A DNA stretch of 64,000 bases from a bacterium. Its GTDB lineage: Bacteria > Patescibacteriota > Minisyncoccia > UBA6257 > GWB1-50-10. Below, in pieces: positions 9,153 through 18,842 of the stretch; positions within the stretch are counted from its first letter, which is position 1, and every line of letters starts with the position of its first letter. Made by a program: the position numbers and the translations under genes. Under the pieces are notes generated by a model. It did not search any database, had not been told where the DNA came from, and saw nothing but the letters and a program-made list of their open reading frames with translations. The stretch is taken from contig JAJYXV010000003.1 of the NCBI GenBank assembly GCA_021801565.1, positions 196,894 to 260,893 on the forward strand. Reading direction: 5' to 3'.

Positions 9153-10571
9153 ATGACACAAAAAGAAGATAAAAAAGTGAAATTGCGATTTGCTCCTTCG
9201 CCAACCGGACCATTAAATATTGGAGGTGTACGTACTGCGTTGTTTAATTGGCTATTTGCACGACACGAAGGTGGATTATTTGTATTGCGCATTGAAGACA
9301 CCGATAGACAGCGTTCTGAGGCGCGATATGAAGAAGATATAAAAAAAAGTTTAGAGTGGTTGGGTCTTTCATGGGATGAATTGTACCGGCAAAGTGATAG
9401 GCTTGAAAGATATAAATTTTATTTGCAGACGTTATTGGAAAAGAAGTATGCATATTATTGTTTTTGCAGTGAAAAAGAACTTGAAGATGAATATCAAGCG
9501 CAATTAAGTCAGGGGATTCCCCCGAAGTATAGTGGGCGATGTAAATCTCTTTCTGATGAGGAAGTTCAAAAACGGCTTAAAAAAGAAAATGGGGTAATAC
9601 GTTTCAAAATGCCAGAAAAGGAGATTTCATTTAATGACCTTGTTCGAGGAAGAGTGACATTCGATACCAGACTTATTGGAGACGTTATTATTGCAAAGGG
9701 ATTAAATGAACCATTATATAACTTTGCAAATGTAGTTGATGATTTTGAAATGGGTATTACACATGTGGTACGCGGAGAAGAACATATTTCTAATACTCCA
9801 CGACAGATAGCGTTGCAAGAAGTACTCAATTTTCCCTCGCTTGTATATGCTCATCTTCCTCTCATTCTTGGATCAAATAAGAAAAAACTTTCCAAGAGGG
9901 ACCTTGCCAAATCAATCGGCGACTATAAGGCAGAGGGATATATCCCCGAAGCAATGATAAATTTTCTTGTACTTCTTGGATGGCATCCAAAAAAGGATAG
10001 GGAGATTTTGAGTATTAAAGAAATGATTGACGAATTCAGCTTTGAACGGGTACAAAAAGCAGGCGGAGTATTCAATCCGGAAAAATTAGATTGGTTGAAT
10101 GGACACTATCTCCGATTGAAAAATCCAGACGAGTTAATAAGTGCGCTCGATGTATTTATTCCGGAAAAATGGAAAGAAGAAAAAGAACGTTTGAAAAAAG
10201 TGGTTATGGTAGAGAAAGAACGCATGAAACGTCTCGGGGAATTTGTTTCTCTTTCTGATTTTTTCTTTGAACTTCGAGACTATGAAAAAACGCTTCTTAT
10301 ATGGAAAAAATCAAACGAAAAAGATACGTTTGAAAATCTGAAACACATCCATGCCACACTTATTTCTCTTGAAGATTTTTCTCATGAGTCTTTAGAAAGT
10401 GCGATAAATCCACTTGCGGAAGCGCAAGGAAGAGGAAATGTGTTGTGGCCGCTCCGCGCTGCTCTTTCTGGAAGAGCTGCTTCTCCAGGACCATTTGAAC
10501 TTCTTGATATATTGGGGAAAAAAGAGTCTTTGGAAAGAATTTCTGTCGCAATAAAGAAACTGAGTTCGTAG
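9153..10571 (+). CDS. gltX: Glutamate--tRNA ligase
   Basis: RFAPSPTG, LRIEDTD, ITHVVRGEEH, KKLSKR. Confidence 0.95.
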   Translation: MTQKEDKKVKLRFAPSPTGPLNIGGVRTALFNWLFARHEGGLFVLRIEDTDRQRSEARYEEDIKKSLEWLGLSWDELYRQSDRLERYKFYLQTLLEKKYAYYCFCSEKELEDEYQAQLSQGIPPKYSGRCKSLSDEEVQKRLKKENGVIRFKMPEKEISFNDLVRGRVTFDTRLIGDVIIAKGLNEPLYNFANVVDDFEMGITHVVRGEEHISNTPRQIALQEVLNFPSLVYAHLPLILGSNKKKLSKRDLAKSIGDYKAEGYIPEAMINFLVLLGWHPKKDREILSIKEMIDEFSFERVQKAGGVFNPEKLDWLNGHYLRLKNPDELISALDVFIPEKWKEEKERLKKVVMVEKERMKRLGEFVSLSDFFFELRDYEKTLLIWKKSNEKDTFENLKHIHATLISLEDFSHESLESAINPLAEAQGRGNVLWPLRAALSGRAASPGPFELLDILGKKESLERISVAIKKLSS

Positions 10572-10581
10572 TCAATCTCTT

Positions 10582-11865
10582 ATGAGAAAAACTATTCTTG
10601 TTTTTTGTATCTTTCTTATCCTTTTGTTATGCGCGCCTGTGTTTTCTTATGCCCAATTACAAACTACCGGAGGAACGCTTCGTGATCTTATCGCTGAAAA
10701 AAGCCAGCGCCTGAAAGAACTTCAGGAGCAAAGAGCTGTGTTAGAAAAAAATTTGGGAGATGTTTCCAAATCAAATGCGAAACTTTCGAAAGAAATAAAA
10801 ACAATGGACAATACAATTGGACAGCTTGGTCTGTTAGTAAAATCAAATAATCTCGCGATAGAAAAAATTGAGTTGGAAATTGAGTCACTTACTGAGGATA
10901 TAGGAAGTATAGAAAAAAATATCAGCAACAAGAAAGAGACAATAGGAAAACTTTTTTCTGAGTTGCAGCAAAAAGATAAGGAAAATTTTTTAATTATTTT
11001 TTTGAGAAATAAAAGTCTTGCAGAAAGTGTTGCAGAGGCACGCACTATTTCAACGCTCAATAGTAATCTCTATGAAAATCTCGAAGAACTGAAGAATCTC
11101 CAGGTAGATTTAACTCAAAAAATAAAAGAGGGAGAAGGCAAAAAAAAAGAAAAAGCAGTTGAAAAAATAAATTTCCAGAATAGACAGATAATTTTGGCAG
11201 ACCAAAAAAAGGAAAAGCAAAGTGTGTTATCACAGACAAAAAACCAGGAGCTTATATATGAAAAGCAGCTTGATGAATTAACAAAACTTCAGGATGAGAT
11301 TTCTCTTGAAATTGAAAAAATAGAAGCCGAATTAAGAAAAAATATCGACCCGAATTTACTTCCACTTCCACGCCCGGGAGTTCTCTTATGGCCCGTGCCA
11401 GAGGGGCGGCTTACGCAAGGATATGGAGCGACTCCATTTGCAGCAAGGAATTATAAAAGCAAATATCATAATGGTTTAGATATCGGAAGGTTTTTAGGTG
11501 CAGAAGTTGTTGCCGCTGAAAAAGGGAAGGTAATAAATGTCGGCGATCAAGATAAATTTTGCAGAAGAGCTGCATATGGAAAATTCATCGTTATAAAACA
11601 TGAAAATGGACTTACGACACTATATGGACATCTTTCCCGTCAGATTGTTTCTTTAGGGGATACAGTCGAGAGAGGACAGATTATTGGATATATGGGAAAA
11701 ACTGGATGGGCCACTGGTGCACATCTTCATTTCACTGTTTTTTCTTCTCAAACACTTACTCCAGCGCGCCTTGGGTTTCCAGAAGGAACACAACCTTCGC
11801 GCGTATGTGGACCAATGCCAGTTGGTGGAGATATTGATCCGACGCTTTATGTTTCTAGATCATAG
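10582..11865 (+). CDS. Coiled-coil M23 peptidase (EnvC/MepM-like)
   Basis: Signal peptide, long coiled coil, HNGLD, YGHLS, HLHF motifs. Confidence 0.88.
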   Translation: MRKTILVFCIFLILLLCAPVFSYAQLQTTGGTLRDLIAEKSQRLKELQEQRAVLEKNLGDVSKSNAKLSKEIKTMDNTIGQLGLLVKSNNLAIEKIELEIESLTEDIGSIEKNISNKKETIGKLFSELQQKDKENFLIIFLRNKSLAESVAEARTISTLNSNLYENLEELKNLQVDLTQKIKEGEGKKKEKAVEKINFQNRQIILADQKKEKQSVLSQTKNQELIYEKQLDELTKLQDEISLEIEKIEAELRKNIDPNLLPLPRPGVLLWPVPEGRLTQGYGATPFAARNYKSKYHNGLDIGRFLGAEVVAAEKGKVINVGDQDKFCRRAAYGKFIVIKHENGLTTLYGHLSRQIVSLGDTVERGQIIGYMGKTGWATGAHLHFTVFSSQTLTPARLGFPEGTQPSRVCGPMPVGGDIDPTLYVSRS

Positions 11866-11869
11866 CCAT

Positions 11870-12838
11870 ATGAATGAACAGCTTTTGTGGAATCAAAATA
11901 TAATTTCCAAAAATGCATCATTTCTTCAATCGTGGGAATGGGGGGAGTTGCAAAAACACCTTGGGAGAGACATTTTCCGATTGCACATAGACGGGATCTC
12001 TTCTCTTATAATTCGATATCCACTGCCGCTCAAACAATCTTATTTGTATGTTCCGCACGGGTTTGTTGGTGAGTGGAGAGAAAAAGACATGAAAGTTTTT
12101 TTTAATGAGATAAGAAAAAAAACACATTTTCATAAATCATTTTTTATCCGTATTGATCCATTTGAAAAAAAATCCGAAGTGTTAGGAAAAACACTTTCAA
12201 GATTTGGATTTAAAAAAGTAAATTCAGTACAACCCGAAGAAACACTCCTTCTTGATCTTACTTTATCTAAAGAGGATTTGTTGAAAAACATGGAGCATGA
12301 TACGCGATATTCGATTCGTGCTGCTGAAAAAAGGGGAGTGGAGGTTGTACAAGCAAGTGTATATGATGAAAAGAAAAAATATTTTGATGTTTTTTGGGAA
12401 ATATTCAAAAAAACAAACTCACGACATCAATTGCGTGCATATCCAAAAAAATATTATGAAGGAATTTTTTCTTTAGAAGGGGAGTGTCGATCAGAGGTGT
12501 TTTGCGCAATGGTTGAAAAGAGAATTGTTGCCGTTGCCGTTGTCCTGTTTTTTGGAAAAAGAGCGACATATCTTTTTGCCGCATCCGAATATGGATATGG
12601 ACGTTATAATGCCCCAACGTTTTTATTGTGGAATGCAATATGTGCTGCAAAAGAAAAAAATATGGAAATTTTTGATTTTTGGGGGATTAGTAATACAAAA
12701 AAAGAATGGGCAGGAGTTACTGCATTTAAAAGAAGTTTTGGTGGATATGAAGTGCAATATGAAGGGACGTGGGATTATGTACTGAATATTCCGAAGTATG
12801 TTGCTTACTCTCTTTTGAAAAAAATTAAATGTATTTGA
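11870..12838 (+). CDS. FemABX-family aminoacyl-tRNA-dependent peptidoglycan bridge transferase
   Basis: FLQSWEWG, TLLLDL, TRYSIRAAEKRGV, FDFWGI, FKRSFGG; start at ATG 11870. Confidence 0.88.
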   Translation: MNEQLLWNQNIISKNASFLQSWEWGELQKHLGRDIFRLHIDGISSLIIRYPLPLKQSYLYVPHGFVGEWREKDMKVFFNEIRKKTHFHKSFFIRIDPFEKKSEVLGKTLSRFGFKKVNSVQPEETLLLDLTLSKEDLLKNMEHDTRYSIRAAEKRGVEVVQASVYDEKKKYFDVFWEIFKKTNSRHQLRAYPKKYYEGIFSLEGECRSEVFCAMVEKRIVAVAVVLFFGKRATYLFAASEYGYGRYNAPTFLLWNAICAAKEKNMEIFDFWGISNTKKEWAGVTAFKRSFGGYEVQYEGTWDYVLNIPKYVAYSLLKKIKCI

Positions 12839-12848
12839 AATAAAAAAT

Positions 12849-14174
12849 ATGTTGAATATAAAAAAAATAATAAAAAAACTTATTCCTAAGGTTTTTATCA
12901 ATTGGTACCATTTTATACTTGCGTATGCTGGAGCATGGTTTTATGGCTTTCCTTCAAAAAAAATGATTGTGATTGGAGTTCTTGGTACGCGGGGGAAAAC
13001 CACAACAGCAAATCTCATTTGGTCCTGTTTTACCGCTGCAGGATATAAAACCGGACTTACGGGAACCGCAAATATCCGCATTGGTGATGAAGAAAGAATG
13101 AATCCATATCACATGACTATGCCGGGAAGATTTATCTTGCAAAAATTATTGAGAGAAATGTATAACTCTGGATGTAGATGTGTTGTGGTTGAAACTCCTT
13201 CTGAGGGAGTGGAACAGTGGAGACATAAAGGAATTGCATATGATGCGGCTGTCATGACAACGTTATATCCAGAGTATCTCGCGGTGCACAATTGGAGTTT
13301 TGAACGGTGTAAAGATATGGATGAGAAAATATTTGAAATCCTTTATTCACAGTCACGGAAGAAAATAGGAGGGAAAAAGATTCCTAAAGTAATTGTGGTA
13401 AACAATGAGATTGAAGAAAAAGAACGTTTTTTAAAACATAACGCAGATATAAAAGTTACCTATGCAATACATGGAAATGCTGACATTGTTCCAAATGATA
13501 TTAATGTTTCTTCTTCCCAAGTTTCTTTTTCAATTTCCGGTATTACCTATACACTTGGAATTCTTGGTGACTTTAATGTAGGAAACGCACTTGCAGCTAT
13601 TGCAACGGTTTCTGCATATGGAATATCAAACGAAGCAACACAAAAAGGATTACAGAATATTCACCTTGTCCCGGGACGCATGGAAAAAATTAGTGAAGGA
13701 CAAGAATTTTCTGTGTTTGTTGATTATGCTCATGATGCAGTAAGTATTAAGGCGGCACTTGGATCCATAAAGAATTTAAAGAAAGATAGAGAGGGGAGGG
13801 TTATTGTTCTTCTTGGTGGGCAGGGCGGAGGAAGAGACAAGAAGAAGCGTCCTATTATGGGTCGAATTGCGGCCGAAGAGGCGGACTTTGTGATAATTAC
13901 CAATGAAGATCCATATGAGGACAATCCCATTCAGATAATGGAAGAAGTTGCTCGTGGGAGCGAAGATGCGGGGAAAGTCCGTGAAAAAGATCTGTTTGTT
14001 GTTAACGACCGCCGAGATGGAATACGAAAGGCACTTTCGCTTGCACATTCTCATGACATCGTTCTTATTGCTGGAAAAGGCGCAGAACAAAGCATGGAGG
14101 TAAAAGGGGGACAAATTTCGTGGGATGATCGTATGGTGGTAAAAGAAGAATTGAGGAAGATAAGAAAAAAATAA
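12849..14174 (+). CDS. murE: UDP-MurNAc-tripeptide synthetase (MurE-like)
   Basis: GTRGKTTT P-loop, VPGRME, VDYAH, GGGRDKKKRPIMG, AGKGAE. Confidence 0.85.
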   Translation: MLNIKKIIKKLIPKVFINWYHFILAYAGAWFYGFPSKKMIVIGVLGTRGKTTTANLIWSCFTAAGYKTGLTGTANIRIGDEERMNPYHMTMPGRFILQKLLREMYNSGCRCVVVETPSEGVEQWRHKGIAYDAAVMTTLYPEYLAVHNWSFERCKDMDEKIFEILYSQSRKKIGGKKIPKVIVVNNEIEEKERFLKHNADIKVTYAIHGNADIVPNDINVSSSQVSFSISGITYTLGILGDFNVGNALAAIATVSAYGISNEATQKGLQNIHLVPGRMEKISEGQEFSVFVDYAHDAVSIKAALGSIKNLKKDREGRVIVLLGGQGGGRDKKKRPIMGRIAAEEADFVIITNEDPYEDNPIQIMEEVARGSEDAGKVREKDLFVVNDRRDGIRKALSLAHSHDIVLIAGKGAEQSMEVKGGQISWDDRMVVKEELRKIRKK

Positions 14175-14210
14175 AAATTGTAGACTACGGAGTCACATTT
14201 TATAATAAAG

Positions 14211-14726
14211 ATGATGAAAAAAGCGTTGCTTGTAGTTGACTGGGAAAAAGAATGGACCAATCCTAAGTCCGAGTACTTTGTGGGCGATCTCGTCCGCGCG
14301 ACAAAAAAATTGAATAGACTCATTGAGTTCTGTCGTACAAAAAATTACAAAATTATTTTTATTAGACACATAGAAAAGGACTCTAAAGATGCGTTCGCTA
14401 AAAATTCAGAGTGTATTCAGTTTATAAAAGATACAAATATTGAAACATCTGATGTCGTTATTACCAAATATAAAATTAGTCCGTTTTTTAAGACAAACTT
14501 AGATATTGAGTTGAAGGGAATAAAAGAAATCGTCGTTGCCGGCATTTTAACAAATCTTTGTGTGCGGAGCACCATACAAGATGCTTACGATAGAGACTTT
14601 AAAATTACCGTAATACAGGATTGCTGTATATCTTTTGATAAAAATGTACACCAATTTACTATTAGAGACCTGAAAGCAACAAGAGAGGAAATTAATTTTC
14701 TGAATTTGAATAAATTTATTCAATAG
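14211..14726 (+). CDS. Isochorismatase-family cysteine hydrolase
   Basis: ALLVVD, K..ISPF, GILTNLCVRST..DAYDR. Confidence 0.85.
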   Translation: MMKKALLVVDWEKEWTNPKSEYFVGDLVRATKKLNRLIEFCRTKNYKIIFIRHIEKDSKDAFAKNSECIQFIKDTNIETSDVVITKYKISPFFKTNLDIELKGIKEIVVAGILTNLCVRSTIQDAYDRDFKITVIQDCCISFDKNVHQFTIRDLKATREEINFLNLNKFIQ

Positions 14727-14771
14727 GGAAGTTAATTTTAAACCTTTCATAATTAGTTGTATAATAAATAT

Positions 14772-15161
14772 ATGAAAATAGTCCTCTTATTTTTCTTCGT
14801 AGTCGTTTCTGTACTCCCTATGGGGGTTTTTGCGCAATCATCTGATACGGCGGGATCGTCTCCATCAATAAATTTCCCAGGTCCTATCACTGATTTTATG
14901 AACTCCTTAAATAAAATAAGTATTGACAACAGTAGTTTAAAGTTACCTGATAATCCTCAAGGAGGAGAGAAATTAATTGGACAGAAGACAATAAACGGAT
15001 CACAGATTGGAGAATGGTGGAATAAAATAAATTCTTGGCTCGTACAGAATATTGGTGTAAGTTTTTCTGAGATAATTAGAGTTGTCGGAAATTTTATAGT
15101 CTGGGGATTTGAGTTGGTGGTAAAACTCTTAAAGGTGGGCCTCTCGTATCTGCCCGTATAA
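14772..15161 (+). CDS. Hypothetical secreted/membrane protein
   Basis: Signal peptide ending VFA-Q and amphipathic C-terminus; TATAAT 6 nt upstream of ATG 14772. Confidence 0.65.
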   Translation: MKIVLLFFFVVVSVLPMGVFAQSSDTAGSSPSINFPGPITDFMNSLNKISIDNSSLKLPDNPQGGEKLIGQKTINGSQIGEWWNKINSWLVQNIGVSFSEIIRVVGNFIVWGFELVVKLLKVGLSYLPV

Positions 15162-15177
15162 TTAAGAGCAATAGAGC

Positions 15178-15244
15178 TGTCGCAAAGAATTATTATACGA
15201 CACAATTATAATGCATGATGTCGCAAAACATATATTGTGCGACA
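15178..15244. repeat. Pair of dif-like palindromes (TGTCGCA..A-N5/6-TT.T.CGACA)
   Basis: TGTCGCAAAG-AATTA-TTATACGACA (15178-15202) and TGTCGCAAAA-CATATA-TTGTGCGACA (15219-15244), bracketed by direct repeat GCAATAGAG. Confidence 0.6.
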
Positions 15245-15256
15245 GATGCAATAGAG

Positions 15257-15295
15257 AAAAAGACCGGCGTGGGAGTACTCCTCCACTGGTCTTTT
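15257..15295. terminator. Probable bidirectional terminator
   Basis: AAAAAGACCGG...CTGGTCTTTT hairpin between convergent genes. Confidence 0.6.
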
Positions 15296-15306
15296 GTATC
15301 ATATGG

Positions 15307-15870
15307 TTATGTACTGGGTTTATCGCCTTCTGCAATGAAAACCGAAGGATCAATAAAATTATTCGGTGATTGATATTTCTTTTTCAATCCCGATGATTTA
15401 ACTATCTCTCCTATTTCTTTCACTAGTTTTCTTGAGTTTTGTTCGGCCCTATCATTAGTTCGCTTTAATCCGCCATATGGGCATGATGAGACGCCACAAC
15501 TCGTTCCTATATTCCTCCGTACCATGAGGTGGAACAAAGCAATTGGACAAATATCCTTTTTAGCGTTTTTAAGGCCGACTTTTCCCTGTGTATCAACAAA
15601 TGATCGTTCGACATGATGTTGTGCATCGGCACGTATCTGTCGCTCCACGATTTCTGGGTGTTTTAACTCTTCTGTTATCGTCGCAATGTATTTTTCTGCA
15701 TTTTCAAAAAATACACATTTCTCGATATACGAATCATCTGCATTTGCTGTCGGGAATACTCGCCGTATACACAAGTTACCAAATGCAAGAGCGTTGTTTA
15801 CTTTTGGATTTGTGTATGTTGTTTTTTTCCCAGAGTTTGTTTCTATAGTTTCTTTGATGATTGCTGACAT
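15307..15870 (-). CDS. Hypothetical protein (Cys/His cluster near C-terminus)
   Basis: Start MSAIIKE with AAGGAGGA SD; the longer ORF-track start overlaps murC. Confidence 0.6.
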   Translation of the reverse strand: MSAIIKETIETNSGKKTTYTNPKVNNALAFGNLCIRRVFPTANADDSYIEKCVFFENAEKYIATITEELKHPEIVERQIRADAQHHVERSFVDTQGKVGLKNAKKDICPIALFHLMVRRNIGTSCGVSSCPYGGLKRTNDRAEQNSRKLVKEIGEIVKSSGLKKKYQSPNNFIDPSVFIAEGDKPST

Positions 15871-15915
15871 TACATCCTCCTTTTCAGTTGTGAATTTCTG
15901 CTTATAATATAAGTA

Positions 15916-17313
15916 ATGAAAGATGTGAATACAAGCCTGAAGCCATTTGAAAATATAACCCCCAAGAGGGTTTATTTTATTGGTATTGGGGGCATTGGTA
16001 TGAGTGCCCTTGCTCGTTGGTTTAAGTCTCAAAAATGGTCAGTTTCCGGCTCAGATATAGTCGAAGGTGAAATTTTGCGGGGATTAAAAAAAGACCGCAT
16101 AACGGTCAAAATAGGGCAAAAAGGAGGTATTTTAGAGCATAAAACAGGGCTTTTTATCTACAATCAGGCAATTCCCCCCTCTAATTCTGAGTTTGTCTTA
16201 GCAAAGAAATCTGGTATTCCCCTTCTTTCTTATGCGGAAGCGGTAGGTGTTCTTACCCGTTTTTATAAAACACTTACTATTTCTGGTGCCCATGGAAAAA
16301 GCACTACCACTTCATTGCTCTCACTTGCACTTATAAAAGCAAAACGCGATCCGACGGTAATTGTTGGAACAAAATTAAAAGAGTTCGGCGACAGAAATTT
16401 CCATAAAGGAGAGGGTGATTTACTTGTGCTTGAGGCAGATGAGTTTCATAGTTCATTTTTAAATTACTCCCCCACCATTGCGATTATCACGAATATTGAT
16501 AAAGAGCACTTAGATTGGTATAAAAATTTTTCGAATGTAAAAAAAACGTTTCTCTCTTTCATTAGAAAAATAAAACCTCATGGAATACTTGTAATAAATA
16601 AAGATAATAAAGACCTCCTTCTTTTAAAAAGGCAAATTGAATCAATTGGTAAAAAAAGGAATATTCTAGTCCATTGGTATTCCATAAAAGACCAAAAAAC
16701 AAAAAAAATACGAGATGCAATGAGACATATTTCGGGAACTCATATGATCTCGAATGCGCTTGCGGCATATTATGTTGCGGAATATATTGGAGCAAAAGAA
16801 GAAGATGTATTACGTGCATTTCGGAATTACCATGGAGTGTGGCGAAGGATGGAATATAAGGGACGACTTAAAATTCGAAATTCGAAATTTAAAACTGTCA
16901 TTTATGATGATTATGGGCATCATCCCACAGAAATTAAAGCGACACTTTTGGGCGCAAAAACATTCTTTAAGGACAAGGAAATTATATGCATATTTGAACC
17001 TCACCAAAGCAAAAGGTTGAAACTTCTCTTTCATAATTTTGTGAATGCGTTTGATTCAGCTGACTATCTCTTTCTCCTCCCTATTTATAAAGTCGCAGGA
17101 AGAGACGGGAAAGAAAAAAAATATACATCGGAAAATCTTGCAAAAATAATTCAGAAGAAAAGGAAAAATGTGTTTTATATTGAAGATAAAAAAAATTTAA
17201 AACGAGAATTCTTTGAAAAGTTAAAAGGGATACATAGTGATGCGGTAGTGATTATGATGGGTGCGGGGACTATTAATGAGGAAACAAAGAAATTGATAAA
17301 GACAAAAAACTAA
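15916..17313 (+). CDS. murC: UDP-N-acetylmuramate--L-alanine ligase
   Basis: FIGIGGIGMSALA, GAHGKSTTT, LEADE, DDYGHHPTEI, FEPH, MGAG. Confidence 0.95.
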   Translation: MKDVNTSLKPFENITPKRVYFIGIGGIGMSALARWFKSQKWSVSGSDIVEGEILRGLKKDRITVKIGQKGGILEHKTGLFIYNQAIPPSNSEFVLAKKSGIPLLSYAEAVGVLTRFYKTLTISGAHGKSTTTSLLSLALIKAKRDPTVIVGTKLKEFGDRNFHKGEGDLLVLEADEFHSSFLNYSPTIAIITNIDKEHLDWYKNFSNVKKTFLSFIRKIKPHGILVINKDNKDLLLLKRQIESIGKKRNILVHWYSIKDQKTKKIRDAMRHISGTHMISNALAAYYVAEYIGAKEEDVLRAFRNYHGVWRRMEYKGRLKIRNSKFKTVIYDDYGHHPTEIKATLLGAKTFFKDKEIICIFEPHQSKRLKLLFHNFVNAFDSADYLFLLPIYKVAGRDGKEKKYTSENLAKIIQKKRKNVFYIEDKKNLKREFFEKLKGIHSDAVVIMMGAGTINEETKKLIKTKN

Positions 17314-17324
17314 AAACAAAAGAT

Positions 17325-18077
17325 ATGACAATTGAAGAATACAAAGATTCACATGGATATACTATTGATAGCATATGGTATCCCCGCGTGACAAAAATAG
17401 TTGAGATAAAAGCAAAACCGGCACTTTACCGTTTCTACGCAAAAATGGAAAACTTCGAGGCGGGAGAACGGATGAAAGAACTTTCTGCAAAAGAGGGAAC
17501 GTTGGTGCACGAGACTGTGGAGGCGCTTCTTACGGGAAAAACACCCGAAGTCGATCCGTATATTTATCCCTCAATAAGCGCATTTTTGCGTTTTGAAGAA
17601 GAAAATAACATAAAAGTAAATCCCGAATTCGTAGAAATGCGTTTGGTAAATCGTGATGAGCGATATGCGGGAACGCTTGATGCAATTGCGACCATTGGCG
17701 GGAAAACGGGGGTTTTAGATATAAAAACATCACTAGAAATCTATCGCGATTATAATCTTCAAACATCGGCGTACGTTGCTGCATTGAAAGATGATATCCC
17801 AGATATTGAAACAAGATGGATTCTTCGAATTGATCAGGTACAAAAATGTGAAAAATGTGGGGCATTACTTCGAAAAAAGGGTGGACGTCCGCAGATAAAA
17901 ACGCAGTTTGGAAATAAAGAAATGTGGAAATGCAGACATGAATGGGGAAAAACAGAGGGTGTTATTGAACTTAAGGAATTTCCTGAGTGGAAAGCTGATT
18001 ATTCTGCATTTCTGGGAGCAAAGAAACTATGGGAATGGGAGAATGAGGAGATTCTGAAACAGGTTGGATATTTATAA
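17325..18077 (+). CDS. PD-(D/E)XK nuclease-like protein with Zn-ribbon insertion
   Basis: GTLVH, YAGTLD, LDIKTS, LQTSAY; CEKC...CRH. Confidence 0.7.
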   Translation: MTIEEYKDSHGYTIDSIWYPRVTKIVEIKAKPALYRFYAKMENFEAGERMKELSAKEGTLVHETVEALLTGKTPEVDPYIYPSISAFLRFEEENNIKVNPEFVEMRLVNRDERYAGTLDAIATIGGKTGVLDIKTSLEIYRDYNLQTSAYVAALKDDIPDIETRWILRIDQVQKCEKCGALLRKKGGRPQIKTQFGNKEMWKCRHEWGKTEGVIELKEFPEWKADYSAFLGAKKLWEWENEEILKQVGYL

Positions 18078-18094
18078 AAAGAAAAAGAGCAGAA

Positions 18095-18349
18095 TTATCT
18101 GCCCTTTCTTTTTAAATATATCCTTAATATCGAAAAGGTGGCAAGTCCTGCCCATATTATTTCGGCGAAAACTATTGCCCACACCTTTCCGGAAAACGCA
18201 TTTATTCCGAAGCCCAACGCCCCAAAAAAATTAAGCCAGTGATAAGATGCATTATCGTTACTTACCTTTTTTGCTGCAAGAAGTAAGTAAGATAGGAAAA
18301 AGAAAACCATACTCACCCAACCAATGACATCAGGTATTGAAATTTTCAC
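18095..18349 (-). CDS. Small membrane protein (CBU_0592-like)
   Basis: Three TM segments, IGW, Y.L, Y..LN..GA pattern; GTG start with AGGAGG SD. Confidence 0.7.
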   Translation of the reverse strand: MKISIPDVIGWVSMVFFFLSYLLLAAKKVSNDNASYHWLNFFGALGFGINAFSGKVWAIVFAEIIWAGLATFSILRIYLKRKGR

Positions 18350-18412
18350 ACAACCTCCTATTCTTAATTTTCTACCATTAATTTAACCCAATTATTATAT
18401 TTTGTCAATCCC

Positions 18413-18574
18413 CTATTTTTCACTACACTTTTCTATAATAATAGGCGTGGGGTTATTTTGATTTCCTAATAAGAAACCAATACCGAATGCAGTAACAAGA
18501 AGAATAAAAAAACCAATCCAAAAAAAGATATAATCTTTATTTTGTTTGACGTAGATTTTTTGTTTTTCAAGCAT
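18413..18574 (-). CDS. Small single-TM protein, 53 aa (absent from ORF track)
   Basis: MLEKQKIYVKQNKDYIFFWIGFFILLVTAFGIGFLLGNQNNPTPIIIEKCSEK. Confidence 0.6.
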   Translation of the reverse strand: MLEKQKIYVKQNKDYIFFWIGFFILLVTAFGIGFLLGNQNNPTPIIIEKCSEK

Positions 18575-18612
18575 AGATAATATTTGTAATATTGCAGTTC
18601 ATATGATGTTTA

Positions 18613-18635
18613 CAATTGAGTTTTCATTACGGGGT
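18613..18635. repeat. Degenerate end of the inverted-repeat element family
   Basis: CAATTGAGTTTTCATTACGGGGT versus CAATTGAATTTTCACTACCGGGT at 41872-41894. Confidence 0.65.
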
Positions 18636-18663
18636 TGACGTTTTCCCTCTATTTTCCTATTAT
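18635..18663 (+). promoter_or_regulatory. Sigma70 promoter upstream of rpmA leader
   Basis: TTGACG-N17-TATTAT. Confidence 0.65.
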
Positions 18664-18675
18664 TATACCATCAAT

Positions 18676-18842
18676 ATTCCGAAAGGAATGGCGATCCACG
18701 CCCTTATTTTACAATCTTATGTTTTGTGTAGAAATAGAGATTGTATTAATAAATAAAATTTTCATTTTAAGTCGGAGATTTCAGTAAAATAAAGGCGGGA
18801 TGCTCATAGTTATGATGAAATTTTTTCGCTCATAGCTATAAG
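18676..18842 (+). ncRNA. Candidate structured RNA / 5' leader of rpmA
   Basis: ATTCC-GAAA-GGAAT hairpin, long-range stem CGCCCTTATTTTAC/GTAAAATAAAGGCG, internal and 3' hairpins. Confidence 0.45.
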
